Positions 23,080 through 36,408 of a stretch of DNA of 64,000 bases are shown piece after piece (the stretch's first letter is position 1; each line of letters opens with the position of its first letter). A program made the translations under genes and the position numbers. The notes under the pieces are model-generated. The model did no database searches. It was not told the DNA's origin and was given only the letters and a program-made list of their open reading frames with translations. The stretch covers positions 47,741,808-47,805,807 of the forward strand of contig NC_057719.1 in the NCBI RefSeq assembly GCF_004010195.1, in the 5' to 3' direction. The stretch comes from Chiloscyllium plagiosum. Taxonomy: Eukaryota.

Positions 23080-25750
23080 CATAGAGTCATAGAGTCCTAC
23101 AGCTCAGAGACAGGTCCTTTGGCCCAAACTGGTCCATGCCAACCAAAATGTCCACCCACGCTAACCCTATTTCTCTGCACTTGGCCCATACTCTTCTAAT
23201 TCTGGATTAGTGGTGCTGGAAGAGCACAGCAGTTCAGGCAGCATCTGAGGAGCAGTAAAATCGACGTTTCGGGCAAAAGCCCTTCATTAGGAATACAGGC
23301 AGAGACCCTGAAGGGTGGAGAGATAAGTGAGAGGAGAAAGTAGCATAGAGTACAATAGGTAATTGGGGGAGGGGATGAAGGTGATAAGTCGGTGGGGGGG
23401 GATAGGTGGAAAAGAAGATAGGCAGGTAGGACAAGTCATGGGGACAGTGTTGAGCTGGAAGTTTGGAACTGGGGTGAGGTGGGGGAAGGGGAAATGAGGA
23501 AACTGTTGAAGTCCACATTGATGCCCTGGGGTTGAAGTGTTCTGAGGCGAAAGATGAGGCGTTCTTCCTCCAGGCGGTCTCGTGGTGAGGGAGTGGCGGT
23601 GAAGGGTCTAATCCTTTCCTATCCATGAATTTGTCCAAATGCCTTTTAAATATTGTTAATGTATCCCCCTCAACTACTTCCACTGGCAGCTCATTCCATA
23701 TGCGTACCACCCTCTGTGTAAAAAAGTTGTCCCTCAGGTTTTCTTTTATTCTTTCTCCTCTAACCTTAAATTCATGCCATCTAGTCCTCGATTCTCCTAC
23801 CCTGGGAAAAAGACTGAGTGCATTCACCCTATCCATGCCTCTCATGATCTTACACACCTCTATAAGATGTCCCCTCAGTCTCCTACGCTCTAAAGGAAAA
23901 AGTCCTAGCTTGTCCAACTTCTCTCTATAACTCCATTGAGTCCAGGCAACATCTTTGCAAATTTCTTCTGCACTCTTTCCAGTTTAATAACCCCCTTCCT
24001 ATAACAAGCTAACCAAAACTGAACACGATACACCAAATGTGACCTCACCAATGTCCTGTATAACTGAAACATAACCTCCCAATTCCTATACTCAATGCCC
24101 TGACTGATGAAGGCAAGTATGCTAAAAGCCTTCTTCACCGCCTCGTCAACCTGTGACTCCACTTTCAGAGAACTGTGAACCTGAACTCCAAGATCCCTCT
24201 GTTCGACTATACTCCTTAAGACCCTACTATCCACCGTGAAATTCCTGCTTTGATTTGACTTTCCAAAATGCAACACTTCACACTTATCTACATTAAACTC
24301 CGTTTGCCATTTCTCGGCCCACTTCTCCAGCTGATCCAAGTCCTGCTGCAATTTCTGATAACCTTCCTCATTGTCCATGAAACTGCCTATTTTAGTGTCA
24401 TCAGCAAACTTATTAATCATACCTTGTACATTGTCATCCAAATTATTGTGTAGATAACAAACACTAATGGGCCTGACACCTGAGGCTTTCCACTAATCAC
24501 ATGCCTCCAGTCTGACAAAAGCATCCTTCCACTATTACCCTCTGCTTCCAACCATTGAGCCAATTTTATATCCAATTTGCCAGCTCGCCAGCCATGTGGA
24601 ACCTTATTAAAGACCTTACGAAATCCATATAGACTACATCTACCGCCCTGCCCTCATCAACCTTCCAGTCACTTCATCGAAGAACTCTAACGAATTTGTA
24701 AGTCATGATCTCCCACTCACAAACCATGCTGACTACTCTTAATCAAACCCTGTTTTTCCAAATACATGTATGTCTCATTTCTGAAAATCTTCTCAAGTAA
24801 CTTACCTTCCACAGGTGTTAAGCTTACTGGTCTATAGTTCCCAGGCTTTTCTTTGCAGCCCTTCTTGAATAATGGCACAACATTCGATCCCTGCAGTCTT
24901 CCAGGACCTAATGATGATGCAAAAATCTCCGCCAGGACCCCTGCAAATTCTTCTCTAACCTCTTACAGTGTTGTTGGATTTTTCTGGTAAGGACCAGGAG
25001 ATTTATCCACCTTCATACATTCTAATACGTCCAACACCACCTCTACTGTGATATGGACTGTCCCCAAGATATCACCACTAACTTCCCTAAGTTCCCAAGA
25101 CTTCATGTCTTTCTCCGCGGTAAACACAGAAGAGAAATATTCATTGAGGACCTTACCCATCTCCTGCAGTTTTACACATACTGTCCACTTTAGTCCTTGA
25201 GGGGCCCTATTCTCTCTCTAGTCATTCTTTTTCCTTTAATATACTTAAAGTACCACTTTCGATTCACCCTAATCTTCTCAGCCAGCTCTATCTCGTGCCC
25301 CCTTTTTGCCCTCCTGATTTACTTCTTCATAAACTCCTGTATTCCCTGTATACCTTTAGGGATTCCCTTAGTCCCAGCTGTCTGTACCTGAGCCACGCCT
25401 CCTTTTTTCTGGTAAAAGCCTCAGGATCTCTTGTCATCAAGAGTCCCTAAGGCTGCCAACCATCCCTTTCTGATGAAGGGCTTTTGCCTGAAATATGGAT
25501 TTCTCCTGCTCCTCGGATGCTGCCTGGCCTGCTGTGCTTTCCCAGCACCACTCTAACCTTGAACCTTGCCTTTCACCCTCACAGGAACATACAGACCTTG
25601 AATTCTAGCTATTTCACTTTTAAAGGCCTCCCACTTACCAAAGGTCCCTTTGTCTGCAAACAAACTACTCCAAATCAACTCTAGCAAGCTCCTGTCTAAA
25701 TTCATCAAAATTCGCCTTGTCCCAATTTATAACTTGAACCTGTGGACCAG
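23080..25750 (-). mobile_element. CR1-clade LINE ORF2 fragment, interrupted by Penelope pieces at 23201 and 25463
   Basis: ORFs 23905-24441 (FADDTK) and 24963-25160 (LNEYFSSVFT, KSPGP). Confidence 0.9.
23201..23606 (-). mobile_element. Penelope-like 3' fragment inserted in a CR1 3' end
   Basis: Same tail as the 8487 copy. TSD tctaat at 23195-23200 and 23607-23612. Confidence 0.8.
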
Positions 25751-26069
25751 TGACATTGTGAAACTATTTCACTGAGGCTCCTTTGATGGGCGTCAAACAC
25801 AAATTCAGTACATTGTTGAAAGGATACAGTGTAACCAATTATCAGATTCTTTCTTAGACGTATTGACCTGAATATTTACAGAAAGCTGTAGGGGAAATGT
25901 AGAAGGTCTCTAAAATAACACTGTAATTTTTATCATTAGTTTCCAGTCTGGCTTGACAGACTGGCCTGCTTGTGCTGTTTACTGAGGTGATATATATGAA
26001 TATTATGAATTGCATTGTTGTTATCACAACCTCTACTTGGATAAGTATGATTAAAAGTCCATGAGATCT

Positions 26070-26995
26070 TTGTTCATAAAACGATCCCTCCATACCGTGG
26101 ATCATCCAAGAAAACCTTCTTTGAACTGCTACTGATGAAATGACATATTTCCTTAAATAAGGAGACCGAAACTGCTCACAGTAATCCAGGTGTGCTATCA
26201 CCAATACCTTGTACAGTTGCAATAAGACTTCCCTACTCTCATACTCCGACCCCCTCGGAAAAAAAGGCCAATGTTCTATTAGCATTCCTGAGTACCTGCT
26301 ACACCTATGTGCTAACTTTGAGTATTTCATGTAAAAATACCCTCATGTCCCTTTGTGTTGCAGCTTTCTTTAGTTTTTTCTCCATTTTAAATAACATTCT
26401 GCTTTTTTTTTCTCATTTTCAAAATAAACAACTTTGCATTTTTCCACATTAGATTCCATTTGCCAATTTCCTTAACTTTTCAATATCTTTCTGTAAACTG
26501 TTTGTACCCCTCTCACAACCTGCCTTTCCACCCATTTTTGTGTAGTCTCCAAGTTTAGCAACAGAACATTCATTTCCTTCCTCCAAATTATTTATATATA
26601 TTGTAAACAGTTGCAGAGTCATAGAATCATACAGCATGGAAACAGACCCTTCAATCCAACAGTCCACATCCTATACTAAACCAGTCCCACCTGTCTGCAC
26701 TTGCCCTCCATCTCTCCATGAACCTTTCCTGTTCATGAATTTATCCAAATGTCTTTTAATTTTAACTATACCTGCATCCACCACTTTCTCTGGCAAGTCA
26801 CATCAAACACGAACCACTCTCTGTGTGAAAAAGTTACCCCTGATAGCCTTTTTAAATCTTTCTCCTCTCACCTTAAAAATATGTCCCCTAGTGTTGAATC
26901 TATTCACCCTACGGAAAAGACTTTTGTCATTCGCTTTATCTATGCCCTCATGATTTTATACATCTCAATAAGGATACCCCTCAATCTCCTACACT
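26070..26995 (-). mobile_element. Two adjacent CR1 fragments
   Basis: RT C-terminal remnants and a 3' tail at 26613. Confidence 0.8.
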
Positions 26996-28485
26996 CATCT
27001 GCATTCTTGAACCACTGCAGTCCATTCAGAATGCCATTAGGGAGGGAATTCCAGGATTTTGACCTGGCAACACTGAAGGAACAATAATGTAGTTGCAAGT
27101 AAGGATGGCCAGTGGCCTGAAGGGGAACTTGCTGGCAATGGTGCTCCTATGTATCACTACCTTGAATTCTAGATGGTTGCAAGGTGGGGGGATGGAGGGG
27201 GGCAGAGGAGGGGAGGCACTTGTTCAGAAATATTAAGGACATCTGTTTTTAGTGTCGGTGTAAATAAAGTGATAACATTTGTGTAGCCGTATTTCCTTTT
27301 GACCCCAAGGCTGGAAGCTACACAAATTTTACAGCTGAATTTTGGATAACTGAATTTCTGGTTTATATTGAAGACTCTGAACAAAACTCATACTCAATAG
27401 GAAAAGAACTTATAATTTAATAAGCTGAGTGGAATATGCACATAACAGAACAACCGTGATACATTTTCATGTATTCCACACTGAGCAGATTTGAATTTAT
27501 GAAGCCCAGCTCTTTAATCTTAATCATTCTGGAATGCGAATGTCTCATAACCCTTACAGGCTAGGAAAACACAAAGACTGAAACTGAGATAGTAAGAAAG
27601 TTGGAAGATGTTCATACGCGTGAGAGAGAAAACGTTCTTCTGTAAATTACAATCACTGACCTAAGGGTTCAAGGGACACGAGCTGAGAGAGAGAGAGAGA
27701 GAGAGAGACAGGACAGAAGCTGGTGAAAAGGTTAACTCTTTGTGATCTGTTTTGAGTGGACACTTGCTTGTCATGGAATGAATGTTTGTGTGTTGTTCCC
27801 TGGAGCTTGAGATCTGGGAAGGTTATGAATTTAGTTTGCATTTTGGGAATCTTAGATGATTTTAAAAGAAAAAGCCATTTTATAGGACAATGATACTGGG
27901 CATGTTAGCTGAGTGAGGTTATCTCATCACCTTTTCCACATAGTTTAGACTAGTCTCTCATTATGATGCACTGGTAAAAGGGAAGCTTATCTAGGCAAGG
28001 CAACTGGCCATTTGACCTGGCTTGAACAGGGTTTCCCACTTTGATGTGCATGTAGCTTAATTAGTCAAGCGTACTCAGACCTGTCAATAAGTTTCTCTTC
28101 CTCGAAAAACTTTTGCCATTTTATTACTGCTTCCTCTCTGATTAAGGACATGTGGCGTTTTGGTAATTTTAGTACTAATTTCTGTGTAAAGACATCTTGT
28201 TTGCAGCAATAAGGGGAGTAGCCTGAGAGATCTTAGGGGTAAGAGCAGGCACTGCTACTCTGCTAATGGTTTTAAAATCTTACTCAAACCAGGTTTGTAA
28301 GTATCTATGTTATAGTGTAACATTGATGCCATTGGTAAATAAAGGTAATAATTTAGACTAAACTGTCTGTAAGAGTTTTGTATTCCATACTGCCACAGAG
28401 TATGATCTCCAGGATGAACCAAGAGAGGCTTACAGGTCGAGTCCGTTAGGAATTCCCTGAGCTGTCTCGAATCGATACTTTAACA

Positions 28486-29925
28486 TGGATGGTACCAAAC
28501 TTCTTGAGTGTTGGTAGAGCTGCACCCATCCAGGCAAACAGTGAACACTCAATCACACTCCTGACCCATGTGCCATTGATTGTGAACAGGTCTTGAGAGA
28601 CTCAGGATGCAAGTTACAAGCTGCAGTATTCCCAGCCTCTGAGCCGCTTCCAAAAACACAGTATTCACAAGACGAAAGTGGGGACTGCATATGCTGGAAA
28701 TTAGAGTGGAGAGTGTGGTTCTGGAAAAGCACAGGCGGTTCGGAGCATCTGAGGAGCAGGAGAATCAATATTTCAGGCAAAAGCTCTTCATCAAGAACCA
28801 TCTCCACAAGGCTAGACCAGGTCAGTTTCTGGTCAATGGTAACCCCCAGGATGTTGATAGCAGGGGATTCAGCAATGGCAGTATCATCAAATGCTATGAG
28901 GCAAAGGCCAGATTGTCTCTTATTAAAGATAGCTGTTGCCCAGCATTTCTGTGGAACAAATATTATTTGGAACCTCTCAGCGTGAACTGGAATGTACATT
29001 TGCTGCAATTGGATAATAACAACACTGGCATCTGAAGAGCCATGAATGGTGCTGAACATTGATGATTGCACAATGACCATTCCCACTTCTGACCTTATAA
29101 TGAAGAGCAGGTCATTGATGAAGTAGCTGAAGATAGTTGGGCCTAGGACACCATCCTGAGGAACTCGTGTAGAGACATCCTGGAGCTGAGACTCATAAAA
29201 TCAGAAGTGAAGATCTTCACTAATTACTGCTCAATGTTCATCACTGTTCCTGATTCCCAGTGACTGAAGCATGCCCACATGCAGCAAGACTTGGCCAACA
29301 TCCTGTTTGGGCTGACAGTTGACAATTAACACTAACACCGCATATGACAGGCAATGACAACTCCAAAAAGAGAGAACCTAACCATCACCCCACAACAACC
29401 AATGGCACTAGATGACAGAATCCCCCGCTATCAAAATTGTGGGAGCTACCATTTAGCCTTATACATATTGCAACAAGAGCAGACTAGATGACAGGACACC
29501 TGCAGCAACTCACCTCTTGATTCCCTACAGCCTGTCCACCATTTACAATTTACAAGAGTGTGATGGAACACTCCCGACTTGCTTCAATGAGTGCAACCCC
29601 AAACAACACTCATTTGACAACCGTACAGGACAAATCTGCCCTCCTGACTAGCACTATATTCACAAAGATCACATTTCTCCCCCACCACACATGCTCAGTA
29701 GCAGCAGTGTGCCCCACCCACAAACTGTACTGCACAAATTCACCAACCCTCCCCAGCCAGCACCTTCCGAACCCATGACCTTCTGAACCCATGACCAATT
29801 ACAATCTTAAAGGACACATACAGCGGCTATGTGGAAACACCACTATCTACAAGCTCCCCCCACCCAGGCTTTTGTCCATCTTGACCTGGAAATACATCGC
29901 TGTTCCCTCAGGGTCACTAGGTTAC
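28486..29925. mobile_element. Two divergently oriented fragments of a second non-LTR (CR1/L2-group) family, with a Penelope tail inserted near 28675-28795
   Basis: AESPAINILGVTIDQKLTW remnant on minus, and the same motif in plus orientation near 29415. Related pieces at about 26996-27220, 56600-57130 and 60480-61680. Confidence 0.6.
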
Positions 29926-30249
29926 CACTTCAGGCTGTCTCAGAGCTGTCCTTCCCACAGTTCCAATTCATTCTCAGACCGTTCAACGTTCGAACAAGAA
30001 ACATTTTCACTTCCTTTTGGGCATTAAAAACGCAAACTGAATAACTGCATTCGTCTGGAATCTTTATTTCCTTCCCTTCCCTCTGACTCCATTCTTTCTT
30101 CGACCCCTGTCGAGTATTTATTATCCCTTTTGACTTTCCAGTCTTTGATGCTGAACATTCTGTACTTCGCAACATTTTTAGTTTTATCCTCTGCAGCTCA
30201 ATAAATTTCAGTCAAGACATGACGTTGAACTCTTCTTCCTCCGCATCCA

Positions 30250-31100
30250 CCTCCTTGCTCATTGCTTGGATAGGAGTGCTCTCACCACCCATGGACACCT
30301 TTACCCACTCCTAATACTGTCCCTCCAATCTCTCCCTGTGGTCTTTTATCTTGACTTGATCATTGAAAAATGTGAACGTGATATCAGTCACCTTAATTTC
30401 TCTGCGCCCTCACCCATTTGAACCAATCTTCCTCTGAACTGGCTGCTCTCAGATTCAATCCTGACTTTGTCATTAAGCCTTCCAACAAGGGTGGTGCTGT
30501 TGTTGTCTGGCGTACTGACCTCTAGATTATGAAGACTGAGCACCAACTCTCAGATATCACCTCCCCTGGACCATGATGCCAGCATCGAGCATCTGGCCAT
30601 TATGACCATGACTCTCAACAATCTCACCTCATCTGGGGATCTCCCGCCAAAAGCCCACCAGCCAGTAGACCCCCATTCTGTATAGCCCTCTTCTACCTTC
30701 TCCCCAAAATCCACAAAGCAATATTGCCCAGGCAGACTCATTGTTTCTGCCTGTTCCTGCCACATGGAACTTATTTCTTCCCATCTCTGCTCGATTTTTC
30801 TGTGGCTTTGTCCAATTTCACTCCACTTACATTCACAATGCAACTGACACTTTATGTCAGTTTCAAAATTTCAAGTTCATGTTCTCTAGCCACCTTTTCT
30901 TCACCATGAATGTGCAATCCCTTTACACATCCATGCTCCATCAGGATGGTCCTAGGGCTCTTCCTGAAAGAAGGCTTGAACCATTTCCATCCACTACCAC
31001 CCTCCTCTGCCTGGCTGAGTTCATCCTCACTTTGAGGACGAACTTTTCCTTCAATTCCTCTCACTTTATTCAGATCAATGTTGTGGCCATGGCAACATGC
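30250..31100 (+). mobile_element. Penelope-like (Neptune-type) RT fragment, decayed
   Basis: IKPSNKGGAVVVW, FYLLPKIHK, TMNVQSLYTS and NFSFNSSHF motifs across frames. Confidence 0.8.
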
Positions 31101-32309
31101 TGCGATGATGTAAGAGACTGATCTTTCACCCTTGCCTACTTTTAATCTTAACATATGCATTTTAGCTGAAAATGTTATCTCTTTTACTGAAGTAACCTTC
31201 AACACTGTAATAAAATAACCTTTATCATGTGCAAAGTTGAAGATCCAGGTACTCACTGAAAGAATAAAGCCAGAGGATTCCACAGTTTTGGATAAATAGA
31301 AATGAACTGCACTATGTAAAGCTACAACAGTAATATAGTCTATTATATTATTCACAATGTATATTCTTGCAGCCAGGATTAACATGTGATTAATATGACT
31401 AATAAATAAATTGAATAAGCATCCTACAAAGCATATCAAATAGCAAATGTGGTCAAGATAGATTTCACAGTTTACCCAGCAATGACACCCAGGTGTCTGT
31501 GACAGAGTGGATCATCAAATCTGATTAAGCTTCACAACAGACTTCAATTTCTTCTCTTTCGATGACCTAGCTTTAGAACTCCCTTAAAACGGAATTTTAG
31601 CACTTACCAGAACAACTAGTGAATTGTGTGGCGTGAGCGAGAAGGCCTAAAATTTAACAAACAACTGGGACAAAATCTCAGAGTTCTGAGGCAAGCCTTT
31701 TAGCCAACTCACCTCATCACTCAGTCACTATCTCTAATTTGCTTCTGGGAGTGACAGGTATAATTCTATCCTGCACTACCCTCCCAAGAGGACTGATAAC
31801 ATACCTTTTCACAGGATGGGTTTGGTGACAGTCATTTACGTACAGTGGTCCCTTAACTCTTGTTGTCCACGACATCTTTGTTGACAAGTAGAGCTTATGC
31901 ATCTGGGGTATAAACAAGTTTTGTCTCACAAAAAATTCTTACTTGAGCATCTCTTCCTGATTTTGTTTCATTTTTACAATTAACAGATTTTATACAGTTA
32001 ACTGTCACTAACAGAGAGCTTCAGAGCTAATTACAAATACAAAGATCATGTTGGATATATTGGTCAAGGCTATTTGTGAAAAACTGAAAAAAAATTCAAA
32101 GCTTCACAGCATGTGACAAATATCAGCAAAGACCTAAGGAAATATTGAATTTTCAAATTCAATGAAACAAATTTTCAGTTTAATTCCATCCATTATTTCT
32201 TCGTGCTAATATTACAATGAAACATGGATTATTTATTCTGGATCAATACATCTACAAAAAAAAACAATAATAGGGTGGCTCAGTGGCTCAGTGTTTAGCA
32301 TTGCTATCT

Positions 32310-32880
32310 CACAGCTCTCGATGTGGTCTCCTCTACACTGGGGAGACAAGACGCCAACTCATGGAACTTTTCAAGGAACATCTCTGGGACACATGCACCA
32401 AACAACCCCACTGCCTTGTGGCAAACCACGTCAACTCACTCTCCCACTCTGCCAAAGACATGCAAGTTCTGGGCCTCCTCCATTGCCAAATCCAAGCTTG
32501 TAGGAAGAATGCCTCATCTTCCATCTTGGGATCCTTTGACCACACAACATCAACATCAACTTCACTAGTTTCCTAATCTCCCCTCTCTCCACCTCAACCT
32601 CCAACTCAGCACCACCCTCTTGAACTGTCCATCTACCTTCCCATCTATCCGCTCCACCCTCCCCTCCGACCTATCACTATCACCCCGTAACTGCATCTAC
32701 CTCTCACCTTCCTAGCTACCTTCCCCCCACTCCTACCCTCCTATTTATCTCTCAGCCTTCTTCCTCCCCACACCCTCCCTCACATTCCTGATGAAGGGCT
32801 TAAGAGCTAAAAATCAACTCTCCTGCTCTTCAGATACTGTCTGATGTGCTGTGCTTTTCCAGCGCCACACTTTTTCAACT
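32310..32880 (+). mobile_element. Penelope-like GIY-YIG/3' fragment preceded by a SINE head (32273-32310)
   Basis: CGLLYTGETRRQL...EHL...VANH endonuclease remnant. Degenerate hammerhead at 32788. Confidence 0.8.
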
Positions 32881-33213
32881 CTGTCTGCCAGGATTCACAC
32901 TTAAAACATGAAAGAAGCAAGAATACTCAGCAGCTCACGTACCATCAGCCCACAAACCTTTCTTCACAACTATGCTATAACGTAAAATGGATGGTAGTTA
33001 ATCACAGCCTCTTGTAAATCTCTCCCAGTTTTCATTTTCATTGAAGATAATAATTGAAGGATCATACTGGAGAGAAGTTGTGCATATTTTTAAACTTTCT
33101 TCTTTCAACTATACATTCACTAAACAAACTATCAAAGTTTCAGTTGTGACTAAGCTCAAGTGAATCCAGTTAACAATCCTGGAGCAAAATTCATAAGTAT
33201 TTACCTACAAAAG

Positions 33214-33485
33214 GGATTTCAAGTGAGAGGAGAGAGATTTTTTAAAAAAGACATGAGAGGCAGGTATTTTACACAGGGGATGGTTTCTATGTGGAATGAC
33301 CGTCCTGAGGAAGTAGTGGATGTGGGTACAATTACGTTTAAAAGACATTTGGATAAAAACATGAATAGGAAAGGTTTGTAGGGATATGAGTCAGGAGCAG
33401 GCAGGTGGGACTAGTTTAGTTTGGGGTTATGTTCGGCATGGACTGGTTGGATCCAAGGGTCTGTTTTTGTGCTGTATAACTCTCT
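33214..33485 (+). mobile_element. CR1 3' end fragment
   Basis: FTQGMVSMWNDRPEEVV remnant and 3' UTR. Confidence 0.85.
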
Positions 33486-34057
33486 AAAAGGGGAGGACAA
33501 GGAAATGGAGCAGAGCAGATTTCGGAGTTTCAGAGGTTGCATCTGTGCTGTACATAACAGTATGTAACTCAAACTTTGAGTAAAAAACAACTTTTCTGCT
33601 GTTTTCTAAACAAAGCTTACAGTGTTAGGTTAGCTTTAATGTAAAGAATGCAAAACAAATATTGATGGAAGGAGGTAATATTACGAGCGCAATATGTTGG
33701 CCACTTCCAAAATTCGATCGCACCGTTCTATGGAGTACGTAGCGACTCTCCACTTCCTGCTTCCAGTTCGCGGCCACATTTTATTCCAAGTTATACACTT
33801 CACAAAATATTGAAAATATCAATTAATATATAATGATATGAATTTCTGCAGGTTATTTCATTTGTTTCAAAGGCTTCAGCAACCATTCTGCGCGGTTTAA
33901 TTCCAAAATAGGGGCATGTCTGAACTGGGTTGTGTAGCCACACCCGGGGAAAGGCAACGCAGTGAAACTCCCAGGGCGTTGGCAGAGCATGAAAAAATCT
34001 CACATCACAGAGTGCAGTTTAAATCAGGATTCAGGTCAGCTGTCAGCATAGCTTCTC

Positions 34058-34257
34058 GGGCCGGGTATTGGGGTCACTAGGGGTGGGAATCAGGCCGGGT
34101 ATTAGGGTCATTCGGGGTGACGATTGGGCCAGGTATGAGGGTCACTAGGAGTGGGGATCGGGCCGGATATTAGGGTTTTCTGGGGTGAGGGGGACTGTGG
34201 CCGGATATTAGGGTTTTCTAGGGTGAGGGGGGTTGTGGCCGGGTATTAGGGTTTTCT
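34058..34257. repeat. Degenerate copies of the same G-rich minisatellite
   Basis: About six diverged ggccgggtattagggt... units. Confidence 0.85.
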
Positions 34258-35141
34258 TAGAGTAGGTGTGTGACTGGTATCACCATAAATGTCAACAAAG
34301 CCCAGTAAAACTGCATTGCACCTGGTAGTTTGTAGCTACTGTTCTCAGAATGAAAATTATTATTATTAGCAACTGTGCTAAGAATATGGTTTCTACAGAA
34401 ACAGAAACAGAGCTACAATTACCTACAATGGCAACAGGTTTAACAGAAGCAACTCCCTGAACTCCAAAACCCTTATGATAAAACAAGAGTACACTTAGTT
34501 TCAGCAGTATGAGTAAACTGGGATATGAAAAGGTAACTTCAAAATGATAGTTTGTGGCATTTGTTCAAGCATAGATATGAATGGTAATAATGCAGATGTC
34601 TTTTGTATAGTACTTGTTGTTCTGCTTGAAAACAAATAAAACATGGTGAAAACGTATGTATTTCTGTCGAGGGGAGAGTATCAGAATTCATCTGCACCGT
34701 TCTCTAAGCTTGTATTTTAAAGATATCTTGGTGGATAAATCCCTATGAAACTATGGCTCTAGATCACCCATGTAGATCTCACTTAAAGCCAATGATTTAG
34801 AGAACAACCATCAGCTTATAGCACGAAGACAGTGGTAATTTTTTAAAAAATTCTCCTGTGAACAATTAACGAACTGATCCAACATCAGTCCCAGGCTTTA
34901 AACATGAATTAACTTGCCTGGTTTCCTCACGGATGCCGCCTGAATGTTGTCAGCATTTTCTACCTTTTTGTTTAAAGAAAGTCACATCTCTAGTAGTTAA
35001 CTTATTTTGTTTTTGTGGTCTTCCCACGAAATGCCAATCTTCAGTCTACAGTGAGGGGGGCTGTGGCCAGGTATTAGGGGTTTTTGGGGTGAGGGGGGCT
35101 GTGGCCGGGTATTAGGGGTTTTTGGGGTGAGGGGGGCTGTG
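34258..35141. repeat. Left arm of a ~0.9-kb inverted duplication (partner 36409-37304)
   Basis: Reverse complement of 36409-37304 apart from a 12-bp indel and one substitution. Mirror-image ORFs appear in the ORF track. Confidence 0.95.
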
Positions 35142-35720
35142 GCCGGGTATTAGGGGTTTTTGGGGTGAGGGGGGCTGTGGCCGGGTATTAGGGGTTTTTG
35201 GGGTGAGGGGGGCTGTGGCCGGGTATTAGGGGTTTTTGGGGTGAGGGGGGCTGTGGCCGGGTATTAGGGGTTTTTGGGGTGAGGGGGGCTGTGGCCGGGT
35301 ATTAGGGGTTTTTGGGGTGAGGGGGGCTGTGGCCGGGTATTAGGGGTTTTTGGGGTGAGGGGGGCTGTGGCCGGGTATTAGGGGTTTTTGGGGTGAGGGG
35401 GGCTGTGGCCGGGTATTAGGGGTTTTTGGGGTGAGGGGGGCTGTGGCCGGGTATTAGGGGTTTTTGGGGTGAGGGGGGCTGTGGCCGGGTATTAGGGGTT
35501 TTTGGGGTGAGGGGGGCTGTGGCCGGGTATTAGGGGTTTTTGGGGTGAGGGGGGCTGTGGCCGGGTATTAGGGGTTTTTGGGGTGAGGGGGGCTGTGGCC
35601 AGGTATTAGGGGTTTTTGGGGTGAGGGGGGCTGTGGCCGGGTATTAGGGGTTTTTGGGGTGAGGGGGGCTGTGACTGGGTATTAGAGATTTTTGGGGTGT
35701 GGAGTCTTGGGGTATTAGGG
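35051..35720. repeat. 38-bp G-rich minisatellite, about 17 near-identical units
   Basis: Unit ggggtttttggggtgaggggggctgtggccgggtatta, period 38 read directly. Degenerate relatives lie at 34058-34257. Confidence 0.97.
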
Positions 35721-35962
35721 TCTCTGAGGAGAGACCTTGGCTCTCTGTTGAAGCTTTGGATGACTGAGGTTGATGTGGGGGAAAGTTGAGCAGCAAGCAG
35801 TGTGTCCCGATTATCCGGACCTCAGGCTTCCTGTCGTTTTCACGCAGATAGAAACCTGTTTGTCCAGGTTTTGCTGCTGTTCCTGGGCGGGCGCTCCCTC
35901 AGTCGCCATTTGTTAAACCCATCTTATTCTCGTTTCAGAGTCGTTTCTCCTTCAACAGATTC

Positions 35963-35965
35963 ATG
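35963..35965 (+). CDS. LGALS3: Galectin-3-like start codon at the 3' end of an exon (ATG|gtaag)
   Basis: ttcATG|gtaagaa donor in CpG-containing unique sequence. Phase-0 joining gives M-DELA-LEDALG, resembling galectin-3 N-termini (MADNFSLHDAL). Confidence 0.6.
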
Positions 35966-36408
35966 GTAAGAAATGTCAGAATTTTGTTGTGTAAATTGCA
36001 TTGCACTGCCATGTAGGTTTTTAAGCGTTTGATGAACGATCTCTGGTGCTGGACTATAGTACTGCCTTCACTCCCAACCCGCGGGGGTTTTTTCCCCCTT
36101 GTGTTTGGGGTTAACCTCTACATTGAAAAGTTTTTATTAGCACTGTTCATAATATTACGATGTTTCAGACCACTCGACGTCTATTTGAGTTATTTCAGAG
36201 CGCAGTCACTGTTGAAAACGACAGGAAGCCTGAGGTCCGGATAATCGGGACACACTGCTTTTATTAGCACTGTTCATAATATTACGATGTTTCAGACCAC
36301 TCGACGTCTATTTGAGTTATTTCAGAGCGCAGTCACTGTTGAAGTTTTCACATTGATAAACTGTAGACTGAAGATTGGCATTTCGTGGGAAGACCACAAA
36401 AACAAAAT

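Noticed and set aside
30852..31439. 195-aa minus-strand ORF
   Set aside because: Half is antisense Penelope RT and half is AT-rich sequence; non-ATG start and no family motif.
35051..35720. CRISPR-like or telomeric array
   Set aside because: Units are contiguous with no unique spacers. TTAGGG and TTTTGGGG occur only as parts of a 38-bp unit, and the context is eukaryotic.
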